Source: an uncultured Gemmatimonadaceae bacterium
Lineage (GTDB): Bacteria > Gemmatimonadota > Gemmatimonadetes > Gemmatimonadales > Gemmatimonadaceae
Direction: 5' to 3'
DNA: 64,000 nt
Assembly: GCA_963740355.1 (NCBI GenBank)
Contig: CAVUDW010000003.1
Span: 64,001-128,000, forward strand
The position numbers were made by a program, and so were the translations under genes. Positions 20,659-30,875 of this stretch are shown here, one piece after another (the first letter of the stretch is position 1; the number at the start of each line of letters is the position of its first letter). The notes below the pieces were generated by a model. It made no database searches, was not told the origin of the DNA, and was given only the letters and a program-made list of their open reading frames with translations.

Positions 20659-22158
20659 ATGGTCGCCGCGCCACCCGTGAACGAGATCCCGTCAGCGACG
20701 GTGGCTCAACCAGAACTCAACCGGTACTGGTTGATTCTGGCGGTGGCAGCGGGCTATCTGGCGACGGCGCTGGGCGGTCTCGCGATCAGTCGACAGGCCG
20801 GCAACATCGCGACGCTCTGGCCGCCCAACGGCATGCTGGTGGCGGCACTGTTGCTCTCTGCACCGCGGCGCTGGAAGGACGTGCTGATCGCCGGCGCGAT
20901 CGGCAGTCTGGCTGCCAACCTGTTCAACGGCAGCACGATGATCGCCGCCAGCTCCATCACGGTGGCCAACCTGGTCGAGGCGCTGGTGGCCGCGTCGATC
21001 ATTCGCTGGCAGACGGGACGTCGAGTGCTCTTCCAGCATTCGACCGACGTGGTGGTGCTGATCGTGGCATCGATCACGGCGGCCTTGATCGCCGGCGCGC
21101 TCAGTGCCACGTCCGCCAAGCTGCTGTCGCACGCACCATTCACGACGATCTTCATCAAGTGGGTGCTTGGCGACGTCCTCGGCCTGCTGGTGGTGATGCC
21201 GATCGCGGTGATCGCGCATGATCTCGTGAAGCATGGGCCAGACCGAATGCTGTCGCTGCGCACGCAAGGTGAGGCCGCGCTACTGCTTGGCGCCGTGTGC
21301 GGGGTGAGCTTCGCGGTGTTCGCGCCGAACGTGCCGCCGATCCAGTTCCTGGTCATGCCGACAGTGCTGCTCGCATCGTTCCGGCTTGGCCCACTCGGTG
21401 CCGCGTTGTCGACATCGATCGTAGCCATCATCGGGTCGCTGGGCACCGTGCTGGCCGCGAAGGCCGGCGCCAACACACCGGATGAAGTCACGCTGCGCGT
21501 GTTCAACTTTCAGCTGAACCTTGCGGTGCTGTTCCTCACCGCGCTGCCGATCGGATCGGCAATGGCGCAGCGCGTCACGCTTGAGCACGACCTGATGGAA
21601 GAGAAGGAGCGCGCCGATCGCTTTGCGAAGGACATGGCATCGCTGGCCAACATCGACGACCTGACCGGCCTGGCGACGCGGCGCTTCTTCCTCGATCAGC
21701 TCGACATGATGGCAGCGACGGCGCGACGGCAGAAGCAGCCGCTGACGCTGGCGATGATCGACATCGACCACTTCAAGCCGATCAACGACAAGTTCGGCCA
21801 TGCGGTCGGCGACGCAGTGCTGATGGCGATCGGTGCAGCGTGCCGGAGTGCGGTGCGCTCCGAGGATGTGATCGGACGCCTGGGTGGCGAGGAGTTCGCG
21901 ATGCTGATGCCACTGACCGACCAGGAAGCCGCCTTCCGGATCGTCGATCGACTGCGCGAAGCCGTTGCCGCCATTGCGATCCCCACCAATGAAGGCCGCA
22001 CCGTATCGGTGACGATCAGCATTGGCATGGCGATGTTCGCCGATCAGCAGATCGACCGACTGCTGCTCGACGCCGACCGTGCGCTGTACCTGGCCAAGGA
22101 GCGCGGGCGCAATCGCATCGTGCTGGCGGAACGGTCGGTGGTGACGTCGCTGTTCTGA
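20659..22158 (+). CDS. Diguanylate cyclase with MASE1 membrane sensor
   Basis: Multi-TM N-terminus (LWPPNG, WVLGDVLG); DDLTGL, IDIDHFK, GHAVGD; I-site RSED; active site GGEEF. Confidence 0.92.
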   Translation: MVAAPPVNEIPSATVAQPELNRYWLILAVAAGYLATALGGLAISRQAGNIATLWPPNGMLVAALLLSAPRRWKDVLIAGAIGSLAANLFNGSTMIAASSITVANLVEALVAASIIRWQTGRRVLFQHSTDVVVLIVASITAALIAGALSATSAKLLSHAPFTTIFIKWVLGDVLGLLVVMPIAVIAHDLVKHGPDRMLSLRTQGEAALLLGAVCGVSFAVFAPNVPPIQFLVMPTVLLASFRLGPLGAALSTSIVAIIGSLGTVLAAKAGANTPDEVTLRVFNFQLNLAVLFLTALPIGSAMAQRVTLEHDLMEEKERADRFAKDMASLANIDDLTGLATRRFFLDQLDMMAATARRQKQPLTLAMIDIDHFKPINDKFGHAVGDAVLMAIGAACRSAVRSEDVIGRLGGEEFAMLMPLTDQEAAFRIVDRLREAVAAIAIPTNEGRTVSVTISIGMAMFADQQIDRLLLDADRALYLAKERGRNRIVLAERSVVTSLF

Positions 22159-22207
22159 GGGACGTCGGGCACCACGATCGGTTCACACACAGTGGAGAGT
22201 CGCGCGA

Positions 22208-22774
22208 ATGTCGTCAGCCCTTCTGATCATTGACGTCCAGCAGGCGATCTGCGTCGGAGAGTGGGCGGCGTTCGACGTGGACGCGATGGTCGATCGCATC
22301 AATGCCGTTACAGCCACCGCGCGCGAAGCGGGTGCACCGGTGATCCTGATCCAGCATCAGGAGGCTGACGGTCCGATGCAAGCGGAGACGCCAGGCTGGC
22401 AACTCTACGATCGGCTGCAGACGCATCCCAGCGACCTGCACCTCCGCAAGACCGCCACCGATTCCTTCCACCGCACCGGGCTGCAGGAGTTGCTGCAGTC
22501 GCGAGGGGTGAATCGCCTCGTCGTGTGCGGGCTGCAGAGCGAATTCTGCGTCGACTCGACGGTGCGCGGTGCGCTGGCCCATGGATATCCGGTGACGCTG
22601 ATCGCCGATGGGCACTCCACGATCGGCAATGGGGTGCTGACCGCGACACAGATTTCGGCGCATCACAACGAGACGCTGGCGAATGTGGGCAGTTACGGGC
22701 CGCGGGTGGAGACGGTTCCGGCGGCGGAGTTGTGCGACGTGTCTTCCCCTCTGTGGGCCGCTCGACACGCCTGA
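22208..22774 (+). CDS. Isochorismatase-family cysteine hydrolase
   Basis: IIDVQ, LRKTATDSF, SEFCVDST (D-K-C triad). Confidence 0.9.
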   Translation: MSSALLIIDVQQAICVGEWAAFDVDAMVDRINAVTATAREAGAPVILIQHQEADGPMQAETPGWQLYDRLQTHPSDLHLRKTATDSFHRTGLQELLQSRGVNRLVVCGLQSEFCVDSTVRGALAHGYPVTLIADGHSTIGNGVLTATQISAHHNETLANVGSYGPRVETVPAAELCDVSSPLWAARHA

Positions 22775-22906
22775 CCCGCGCGGCGCCGTGGCCCTTTTTA
22801 CGACCGCTTCGCGCACTCCGTGTAAGGCCGTGAGTGCTGGCGCCCATACCGAGCGTTGCTCCTTGGCCGGACTGAAGGCAGTCCACCACACTCAGGAGCT
22901 CATGTC

Positions 22907-24613
22907 GTGCAGCAGCAATCCAGCTTTCGACGATTCGCGCAACTCACACCGAGGCACAGCCTGCCCGAGTGGAGCTTCTCGCGCCACCTGATTTCCCTGA
23001 GCGCGCTGCTCGTCACCGCATGCGGCGGCGGAGGCGCGCCCCCCGCCCCACTGCCGCCGGCGCCAACTCCACCCAGCATCACGGCGCAGCCGGTGCCAGT
23101 GAGCGTCACCACCGGGCAACCAGCGGCATTCACCGTGACTGCCACCGGCTCTGCACCGCTGACGTACCAGTGGCAGCGCAACGCCGTCGACATCGCTGGC
23201 GCCTCATCGGCGACCTACACGATTGCGGCGACGGCGCTGGCGGACAATGGCGTTTCGTTTCGCGTGATCGTCAGCAATGCCGCGACCAGCGTCACCAGCA
23301 CGGCAGTCGCATTGACGGTCGCCGCGCCGACGGTCGCGCCATCGATCGCATCGCCGCCGCTGGATGTGCGGGTGACGGCACCGGCTACCGCGACGTTCAA
23401 CGTCGTCGTGGCGGGGATCCCTGCGCCCACGATTCAGTGGCAGGCCAGCGCCGACAACGGGGTGACGTGGACCAACATCGCGGGAGCGACGGCAGCGAGT
23501 TACACGACACCAGCGACCACGACGGCGGACTCCTTCAAGCGATATCGCGCCGTTGCCACGAACACCGTCAGCAGCGTGAACAGTCCGCTCGCGACGCTGA
23601 TCGTCGATCCGCCGGTGGCCGCAGATCGGTTGGTGCTCTTCGCGGGCAACGCAGGCGTTCGTGGCAACGTGGACGCCACCGGAACCGCCGCGCGCTTCGA
23701 TGGCCCTGTGGGCATGGCCATCGATGGCGCGGGCAACATCTACACCGCCGATTGGCGCAACCATACGGTTCGCAAGATCACGTCCGCTGGTGTCGTGACG
23801 ACGATTGCTGGAAGCGCCGGAGTCGAGGGGTCGGTGGATGGCACAGGCAGCGCTGCGCTCTTCCGTTTCCCGCGCGGTGTTGCAGTCGATGGCACCGGGA
23901 ACGTGTACGTCACCGATCAAGGCAATCACACCATTCGCAAGATCACACCAGCCGGTGTGGTGACGACGATCGCGGGCCAGGTCGGGCTGATTGGCAACTT
24001 GAAGGACAACAAGTTGAATTCTCCAACCGGCATTTCCGTCGATGCGGCTGGGAACATCTACGTCGCGAACACGAACGACTGCACGATCGGCGTGATCACC
24101 GCCGCTGGCGTCCGCTACAGCCTTGCCGGGTTCACTGGCCGGCCAGGCAGCGCCAACGGCAGCGACACGACGGCGCGATTCAACTATCCGTCCGACGTGA
24201 AGCCCGATGGAAATGGCAATCTCTATGTCGCCGACAAGGCCAACCACACGATTCGCAAGATCGTGATTGCCTCCGCCAGCGTCACGACGTACGCGGGCAC
24301 GCCGCTGGTGTCCGGCTTCGCCGACGGGACGGGCTCCGGTGCAGGCTTCGCTGACCCGACGTCAATCGTTCTCGACGCAGGTGGCTCGCTCTATGTCGCA
24401 GACACCTACAACAACGTGATCCGAAAGATCACCACCGGTGGTGTGGTGACGACCGTTCTCGGTGTCTTGCGCTCCGATCCCGGCTTCGAGTTCCGCACCG
24501 GACCGAACCCGCGGCTCGGTGGACCGCTCTACATGGCGATGATCGACAACACACACATCGTACTTGGGATGGAGACGTTCAACTCCGGCTTGTACATCGC
24601 GACGGTGCCGTAG
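22907..24613 (+). CDS. Lipoprotein with two Ig-like domains and an NHL-repeat beta-propeller
   Basis: GTG 22907 lies 8 nt after AGGAG; lipobox LVTAC; PSITAQP...YQWQ Ig repeats; repeated (F)xxPxG(V/I)AVDxxGNxYVxD..NHTIRKI. Confidence 0.85.
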   Translation: MQQQSSFRRFAQLTPRHSLPEWSFSRHLISLSALLVTACGGGGAPPAPLPPAPTPPSITAQPVPVSVTTGQPAAFTVTATGSAPLTYQWQRNAVDIAGASSATYTIAATALADNGVSFRVIVSNAATSVTSTAVALTVAAPTVAPSIASPPLDVRVTAPATATFNVVVAGIPAPTIQWQASADNGVTWTNIAGATAASYTTPATTTADSFKRYRAVATNTVSSVNSPLATLIVDPPVAADRLVLFAGNAGVRGNVDATGTAARFDGPVGMAIDGAGNIYTADWRNHTVRKITSAGVVTTIAGSAGVEGSVDGTGSAALFRFPRGVAVDGTGNVYVTDQGNHTIRKITPAGVVTTIAGQVGLIGNLKDNKLNSPTGISVDAAGNIYVANTNDCTIGVITAAGVRYSLAGFTGRPGSANGSDTTARFNYPSDVKPDGNGNLYVADKANHTIRKIVIASASVTTYAGTPLVSGFADGTGSGAGFADPTSIVLDAGGSLYVADTYNNVIRKITTGGVVTTVLGVLRSDPGFEFRTGPNPRLGGPLYMAMIDNTHIVLGMETFNSGLYIATVP

Positions 24614-24634
24614 GAGCCCCCCGCGTGCGGCGCC

Positions 24635-24660
24635 CCCCTCCGCTGCTGTCGGCGGAGGGG
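24635..24660 (+). terminator. GC-rich hairpin after the NHL lipoprotein gene
   Basis: CCCCTCCGC-TGCTGTCG-GCGGAGGGG; no U-tract. Confidence 0.4.
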
Positions 24661-24726
24661 CGACTGGTGGGAGTAGCGCGCGGCACCCTATCTTCGGAGT
24701 TTGGCACCTACCACCGGAGACGATTG

Positions 24727-25077
24727 ATGCCTGCGCTCCACCCGAGGGTTCGCCGCTGGTGCACTGCGCCGGCCTGGGCGATTGCGGTCTTGGCGATCGC
24801 GGCCTGCCACAACGTCAACCTGAGTCCGGAAGCGAAAGCGGTGCGCGTGATTCGCGACGCGTCACAGGTGCGCTCGTGCCGATTTGTCAGTGACGTCGAG
24901 TCGTCGGATCGGCTCAGCGGCGGCTTGGTGAATCGGGACAAGGCGGAGGAAAACGCCTACAAGATCCTGAAGGAGAAGACGGCGAAGCTGGGCGCGAACA
25001 CGGTCTTGATCAGCAGCGCAACGTCGAATTATCGCGGTGCCGGCATGCAGGGCAAGGCATACGCCTGCGCCACCTAG
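24727..25077 (+). CDS. Small lipoprotein (DUF4156-like)
   Basis: Lipobox IAAC; AKAVRV...CRFV...AKLGANTV...GKAYAC; 116 aa. Confidence 0.72.
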   Translation: MPALHPRVRRWCTAPAWAIAVLAIAACHNVNLSPEAKAVRVIRDASQVRSCRFVSDVESSDRLSGGLVNRDKAEENAYKILKEKTAKLGANTVLISSATSNYRGAGMQGKAYACAT

Positions 25078-25144
25078 CAGCCCCTCTTGCCCGCGTCGCG
25101 ACGCGCACCACATCGGGCGCGCGTCGCTCGGCCGAGAACGCCTG

Positions 25145-26722
25145 CTACTTCGACCAGAAACGATCAAGAAACAGGTACCGCGCCCGTGGTTCCGGCTCGG
25201 CCCGCGTGGTGACATCGATCACCTGACGCATCGCCTCACCTGACGAACTGACGGCGCCCTTCGGCCACGACGGCAAGCCCGATCCGTTGGGATTCCCGGT
25301 GCGAATGAAGTTCGCGAAGTAGCCCTGCAGTGATGCGGAAACGGCGTTGTCCTGGGCCGTCCAGGCAAATTCGGGATTCAGTCGCAGGTTGCCCATCGCA
25401 TACTCGATTTCCGCCGAGTGCGAGGCACCGACCGCCGGCGTCGACCCATCCGGCGTTGTCGACGCTGGTCGCGGCCGCGCGTACAAGTAGCGGTAGACGT
25501 CACGTCCGCCGGTCTTGGCGTGAAGCTCCAACCACCGCCATGTCCCGTGTGCAATGAACTGGTCGCCAGCGAGGGCGTTCGCCGACGCCTGCAGTTCCTC
25601 TGGCGTCGATGAGGGGAAGATTCGTGCGGCTTCGTCAGCCTTGTCGCCGAACAGGCGCTGCAGGACGGCAGCAAACGCCGCTGGCGTCTGCTCCTTCGGC
25701 AGTAACGCGCGGCCATCCATCTCGAGCGAATTCCAGCCGGCCAGCAGCGGGACATGTGCCTGCTCGCCGGCAAGGAAGATCTCGGCTGGTGCCTTGGGCA
25801 GGAAGCGACCGTCGAGTGTCGGGCCGAAGGATGGCAGGCCAGGCCGCGACGTTCGATCCTGCAACCAACTGGCTGAAACCGCACGCAGTGCCGCCAGTGA
25901 CGTCGCACCGATCTTCTCACCGAGCAACGTGCCCTGCGTTTCGAGATAGGCGTGATTGGCCGCCGTCAGGCCACGCGAGATGGCTGAACCGCTCTCGCCA
26001 ATGGCACCAGCGAAGAGCGTGCGCGACATCGGCGATGCCATCAGGGCGCTGACGGACATCGACCCCGCAGACTCACCGGCAATCGTGATACGCTTCGGAT
26101 CACCACCGAAGGCGGCGATGTTCGCCTGTACCCAACGCAATGCTGCGGCCTGATCCATCAGGCCATAGTTCCCGGATGCCGCCGGCGTGGATTCCTTCGT
26201 CAGCTCAGGGTGCACGAAGAATCCGAAGACACCGAGGCGGTAGTTCACGGTCACCGTGACGATGCCCTTCTCCGCCATGCTTTCACCATCGTACCGCAGT
26301 TCCGACCCGTCGCCGGCAACGAAGCCGCCGCCGTAGAAGTAGACCAGCACCGGAAGCGAACCGGCGGCTGCCGTCTTCGGCGCCCAGACATTGAGGTAGA
26401 GACAGTCTTCACTGGTGCCTTCGCTGCGAAACCGCATGTCGGAGAACGGGCGCCCTTGCATGCACTGGGGCCCGAACCGATCAGCGCGTCGGACGCCACT
26501 CCAGTTGGCGGCCGGCTGCGGTGGCTTCCATCGCAGGTCGCGCACAGGTGGCGCGCCGAACGGCAAACCGCGGAATGCGCGAACACCGCTCGCGAGCGTC
26601 ACGCCGTCGACGACGCCGTTGATGGTCCGCGCGCGCGGCGCCGTTTGCGCCTCGCTGAGCGTGGGCCCGACGGCTGCGAGCAGCAGGGACGCAGAGAGCG
26701 CCGCAAAACGAGCAGGAAGCAT
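25145..26722 (-). CDS. Type-B carboxylesterase (PnbA-like), secreted
   Basis: SEDCLYLNVW, YGGGF, catalytic GESAG, HSAEI. Confidence 0.92.
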   Translation of the reverse strand: MLPARFAALSASLLLAAVGPTLSEAQTAPRARTINGVVDGVTLASGVRAFRGLPFGAPPVRDLRWKPPQPAANWSGVRRADRFGPQCMQGRPFSDMRFRSEGTSEDCLYLNVWAPKTAAAGSLPVLVYFYGGGFVAGDGSELRYDGESMAEKGIVTVTVNYRLGVFGFFVHPELTKESTPAASGNYGLMDQAAALRWVQANIAAFGGDPKRITIAGESAGSMSVSALMASPMSRTLFAGAIGESGSAISRGLTAANHAYLETQGTLLGEKIGATSLAALRAVSASWLQDRTSRPGLPSFGPTLDGRFLPKAPAEIFLAGEQAHVPLLAGWNSLEMDGRALLPKEQTPAAFAAVLQRLFGDKADEAARIFPSSTPEELQASANALAGDQFIAHGTWRWLELHAKTGGRDVYRYLYARPRPASTTPDGSTPAVGASHSAEIEYAMGNLRLNPEFAWTAQDNAVSASLQGYFANFIRTGNPNGSGLPSWPKGAVSSSGEAMRQVIDVTTRAEPEPRARYLFLDRFWSK

Positions 26723-26862
26723 CTGATGAGTGGGTCGAGTGTCTAGCCACGCCGGACGTGTGGCCGAGGCTGAGCAGAGCGGAATCGATCAGGCTGCACG
26801 GCGATAATCAAGCACGACGTGCGCCAGCATCCGTGGCGGCGAGTGACAGCTGCTGTGTTACA

Positions 26863-28182
26863 TCATCCACGCGTGCGCAAGTCGATGACCCGCTTGGCTT
26901 TCCCTGCCGGCGTACGTTCCAGTGTGGCATGTGGCAGGACCGACACCGCCACGGTCACGCCGACCCGCACCTTGATGCGATCCTGCACTTCACCCGCGAT
27001 GCGACGCAGCGTCTCGAGCGGCAGTTCACCCATGCCCTGATGCAGTTCGCACCGGACATCCATCTGATCCAGCAGTCCGTCGCGGGTCACGTGTATGAGA
27101 TACTGTCCCGAAAGGTCGGCGTGTTCGAGCACGACTTCCTCGATCTGCGTCGGAAAGACATTCACGCCACGAATGATGAGCATGTCATCACTGCGCCCCG
27201 TGATCTTGGCCATGCGACGAAACGCGCGGGAGGTCGGCGGCAGCAGCCGCGTGAGATCACGCGTGCGGTACCGAATGACAGGCAACGCTTCCTTGGTGAG
27301 CGAGGTGAAGACGAGTTCCCCTTCGTCGCCGTCGGGCACCGGCGCACCGGTCTCAGGGTCCACGATCTCCGGGTAGAAATGATCCTCCCAGATCACCGGG
27401 CCATCCTTCGACTCGATGCACTCACTCGCCACGCCGGGCCCCATGACTTCCGACAAGCCATAGATGTCCACCGCATCGATGCCGGCCCTGCGCTCGATGT
27501 CGCTGCGCATTGCGTTCGTCCACGGTTCCGCACCGAAGATCCCGACCTTGAGCGAGCTGGCCACGGGGTCGAGGCCCATCCGTTCGAACTGTTCGATGAT
27601 CACCTGCATGTAGCTGGGGGTGACCATGATGATGTCGGGCCTGAAGTCCTGGATCAGCTGCACCTGCTTTTCGGTCTGGCCGCCAGACATCGGAATCACG
27701 GTGCACCCAAGCGCCTCGGCGCCGTAGTGCGCCCCGAGGCCGCCGGTGAACAAGCCATAGCCGTACGCGATGTGCACGATGTCGCCGGCACGACCGCCGG
27801 CCGCACGTATGGAGCGGGCCACCAGGTGGGCCCAGTTGGCGATATCCGTCTTCGTATACCCGACGACGGTTGGCTTCCCGGTGGTACCGGACGAGGCATG
27901 CACACGCACCACCTGTTCACGCGGCACGGCGAACATGCCGAATGGATAGTTGTCGCGCAGGTCTGCCTTGGTCGTGAACGGGAAGCGCGAGAGATCGCTC
28001 AACTGCCGCAGATCCTCTGGATGCACACCCGCAGCACTGAACGCATTCCGATAGTGCGGCACATGGTCGTACGCGCGCTGCAGCGTGGACCGTAGTCGGT
28101 CCAGCTGCAGCGCAGTGATCTCATCGCGGCTGGCGGTCTCGATCGGCTCGAGGTCGCCCGGGGCAGGTCGTCGCACAGGCAT
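26863..28182 (-). CDS. paaK: Phenylacetate--CoA ligase
   Basis: HASSGTTGKP, YGYGLFTGGLG, DIYGLSEVMGPGV, GRSDDMLIIRGVNVFP. Confidence 0.95.
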   Translation of the reverse strand: MPVRRPAPGDLEPIETASRDEITALQLDRLRSTLQRAYDHVPHYRNAFSAAGVHPEDLRQLSDLSRFPFTTKADLRDNYPFGMFAVPREQVVRVHASSGTTGKPTVVGYTKTDIANWAHLVARSIRAAGGRAGDIVHIAYGYGLFTGGLGAHYGAEALGCTVIPMSGGQTEKQVQLIQDFRPDIIMVTPSYMQVIIEQFERMGLDPVASSLKVGIFGAEPWTNAMRSDIERRAGIDAVDIYGLSEVMGPGVASECIESKDGPVIWEDHFYPEIVDPETGAPVPDGDEGELVFTSLTKEALPVIRYRTRDLTRLLPPTSRAFRRMAKITGRSDDMLIIRGVNVFPTQIEEVVLEHADLSGQYLIHVTRDGLLDQMDVRCELHQGMGELPLETLRRIAGEVQDRIKVRVGVTVAVSVLPHATLERTPAGKAKRVIDLRTRG

Positions 28183-28224
28183 CACTCGCTCCGATTCATC
28201 TGGTCACCGCCTTGCGCCACCCGG

Positions 28225-30279
28225 CTACGCTGCGGCCTCGACGTCGCGCTGCACCAACGTAAGGATGGTGTAGATCGCCACGGCCTCACCATCCTGGTTC
28301 ATGACTTCCACGTCCCAGTGCACCACGCCCTGCGGGATCTGGTCCGCGCGATCTTCCTTGGCCGTCTTCTGCTTGCAGGTGAGGCGAGCATGGATCGTGT
28401 CACCGATGTACACCGGCTTCACGAAACGCAGCCCCTCGAGCCCGTAGTTGGCCAACACGGGGCCCGGCGCCGGATCGACGAACAGGCCGGCTGCAGCCGA
28501 GAGCACGAAATACCCATGCGCCACCCGCTTGCCGAACAACGACGACTGGGCCGACACCTCGTCCATGTGCGCGTAAAAGAAATCGCCGGAGACACCTGCA
28601 AAATTCACCACATCCGCCTCGGTCACCGTGCGGCGATGCGTGATGAACGTCTCGCCGATGCGCAGCTCACCGAAGTATTTCCGGAACGGGTGGATGCGAT
28701 CGATCTTCTCGTCGGCTCCCTTGCTCCACTCACGTGTGACTGCCGCCACCGTTTGCGGCGAACCCTGAATCGCGGTGCGCTGCATGTAGTGCATCACGCC
28801 ACGTACACCGCCCAACTCCTCGCCCCCGCCCGCGCGGCCAGGCCCGCCGTGCACCATGCCAGGCATCGGTGAGCCATGACCCGTGGATTCCTTCGCGCTG
28901 TGGCGATTGACCAGCATCAACCGGCCATGGTAGGCCGCCGTGCCAAGCACCATGCTGCGGGCCACGTCGTCCTGCGCCGTGAACACGGAACCCACCAGGC
29001 TGCCCTTGCCCAGCCGCGCCAGTGCAATCGCTTCATCCACCGTGCGATACGGCATGATCGTATTCACCGGACCGAAGGCTTCCACATCGTGCGACTGCGT
29101 GCCCTCGAACGGGGTGTTGGCGTACAGCAGCATCGGCGCGTAGAACGCCCCCTGCTCGGCATCCGCACCCGTGACTTGCAGCGTACCCGGGCCACCGAAC
29201 ACGAGCTCGGCCCCATCGCGAAGCTTTGAGACACTACGCTCCACTTCCTTGACCTGGCCTTTCCCTGCCAGTGGACCCATGCGCACGCCATCGACGGCAG
29301 GATCGCCGATCTTCACACCTGCGAGTCGCTTCGACAGTGCGGCAGTGACGGCATCCACGACGCTTTCGTGAACGAAGGTGCGACGGATCGCGGTGCACTT
29401 CTGGCCCGCCTTCACCGTCATCTCCTTCGCCACCTCCTTGACGAAGAGATCGAACTCCTCGGTGCCCGGAACCGCATCAGGCCCGAGCATCGAAAAGTTC
29501 AGCGAGTCAGCTTCCTGGTTGAAGCGAACGCTGTTCGCGAGGATCGCCTTGCTGCTCTTGAGCATCAATCCGGTTGACGCCGAGCCGGTGAACGCTACGG
29601 AGTCCTGGCAGGTGAGATGGTCGAGCAGGTCACCGGAGCTGCCGCAGATCAGCTGGAAACTGCCCACGGGTAGCAGTCCCGACTCGACCATCGCCCGCGC
29701 CACCGCTTCGGTGAGATAGCTCGTGACAGTCGCCGGCTTCACGATGCTCGGCACACCGGCAAGGAACGACGTCGCAAACTTCTCCAGCATTCCCCACACG
29801 GGAAAGTTGAAGGCATTGATCTGCACCGCCACACCTTCCATTGGCACACAGATGTGCCGGCCGACGAAGGTGCCGCCCTTGCTCAGTCCTTCCACTGGAC
29901 CATCCACGAACACCGTTTCATCGGGGAACTCGCGACGCCCGCGGCTGCCGTAGGCGAAGAGTGTGCCGAAGCCGCCATCGATATCGATCCACGAGTCAGC
30001 CTTGGTGGCACCACTCCACGCCGATACGGCGTAGAACTCGTCCTTCCTCGCGGTGAGGTATTGCGCGAGCGCCTTCAGGATCCGGGCGCGCTGGTGAAAG
30101 GTCATGGCGCGCAGCGTCGGACCGCCCACCGTGCGACCGTAGACCAGCATGTCGTTGAAGTTCAGGCCTTCACTCGACGCGGTGCCGATCTCGGCGCCAG
30201 TCACGGCGTGATAGAGCGCGGCGCCCGTCCCGGTGCCGGTGACCCACTCACCGTACGCATAGTTCTGCAAACGCATCAT
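28225..30279 (-). CDS. paaZ: Bifunctional oxepin-CoA hydrolase / aldehyde dehydrogenase
   Basis: 684 aa; INAFNFP, EADSLN, KAGQKCTAIRR; C-terminal MaoC-like domain (GDFFYAHMD, VAHGYF). Confidence 0.95.
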   Translation of the reverse strand: MMRLQNYAYGEWVTGTGTGAALYHAVTGAEIGTASSEGLNFNDMLVYGRTVGGPTLRAMTFHQRARILKALAQYLTARKDEFYAVSAWSGATKADSWIDIDGGFGTLFAYGSRGRREFPDETVFVDGPVEGLSKGGTFVGRHICVPMEGVAVQINAFNFPVWGMLEKFATSFLAGVPSIVKPATVTSYLTEAVARAMVESGLLPVGSFQLICGSSGDLLDHLTCQDSVAFTGSASTGLMLKSSKAILANSVRFNQEADSLNFSMLGPDAVPGTEEFDLFVKEVAKEMTVKAGQKCTAIRRTFVHESVVDAVTAALSKRLAGVKIGDPAVDGVRMGPLAGKGQVKEVERSVSKLRDGAELVFGGPGTLQVTGADAEQGAFYAPMLLYANTPFEGTQSHDVEAFGPVNTIMPYRTVDEAIALARLGKGSLVGSVFTAQDDVARSMVLGTAAYHGRLMLVNRHSAKESTGHGSPMPGMVHGGPGRAGGGEELGGVRGVMHYMQRTAIQGSPQTVAAVTREWSKGADEKIDRIHPFRKYFGELRIGETFITHRRTVTEADVVNFAGVSGDFFYAHMDEVSAQSSLFGKRVAHGYFVLSAAAGLFVDPAPGPVLANYGLEGLRFVKPVYIGDTIHARLTCKQKTAKEDRADQIPQGVVHWDVEVMNQDGEAVAIYTILTLVQRDVEAAA

Positions 30280-30875
30280 GACTTCGTTTCTCCCCAGGTT
30301 TTATACGTGGACACCTGCGTCGCACGATCGGCGGGCACTTCGCGCAGCGGTTCACATGCCACCAGCGTGGCGTGCAACTGCGCAGGCAGTGCCTGATAGA
30401 GCGCGGTGCCTTCGGTCTTCCAGTTCAGCATTTCGTCACTGACATCCTTCACGATCTTGGCGGGATTTCCGACAGCGACCTTTCGCTCGGGAATCACCAT
30501 GCCGGCCGGCACGAAGCAGAGCGCTCCAACGACGCAACCAGCACCGACGACAGCATTGTCCATCACCACGGCATTCATCCCAACCAGCGCGTTCGCGCCG
30601 ATGCGCGCGCCGTGAATGATCGCGCCGTGACCGATGTGGGCCCCGGGCTCGAGCACCACCGTGACACCAGGAAACATGTGGACGGTGCAATTCTCCTGTA
30701 CGTTGCACCCATCACCGATCACGATCCCGCCCCAGTCGCCCCGAATGGCGGCACCAGGTCCGATGTACACATCGCGACCGATGACCACATTGCCGGTGAC
30801 CGTTGCGTTGGGGTGCACATACGCCGACTCGTGCACCACGGGCACGAAGCCGTCGAAGGCGAAGATATTGGCCAC
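30276..30875 (-). CDS. paaY: PaaY-like hexapeptide-repeat (gamma-carbonic-anhydrase-like) protein
   Basis: PVVHESAYVHP, IRGDWG, NVQENC, HIGHGAIIHG; GTG start overlaps the paaJ stop. Confidence 0.88.
   Translation of the reverse strand: MANIFAFDGFVPVVHESAYVHPNATVTGNVVIGRDVYIGPGAAIRGDWGGIVIGDGCNVQENCTVHMFPGVTVVLEPGAHIGHGAIIHGARIGANALVGMNAVVMDNAVVGAGCVVGALCFVPAGMVIPERKVAVGNPAKIVKDVSDEMLNWKTEGTALYQALPAQLHATLVACEPLREVPADRATQVSTYKTWGETKS

Noticed and set aside
22902..22991. ATG 3 nt after AGGAG opening a 29-codon ORF
   Set aside because: The spacing fits the GTG at 22907 of the NHL lipoprotein better; there is no support for a separate peptide.
23640..24460. Recurrent DNA words (cgcaagatc, gtgacgac) suggesting an array
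   Set aside because: They are coding NHL repeats; there is no repeat-spacer structure, so this is not CRISPR.
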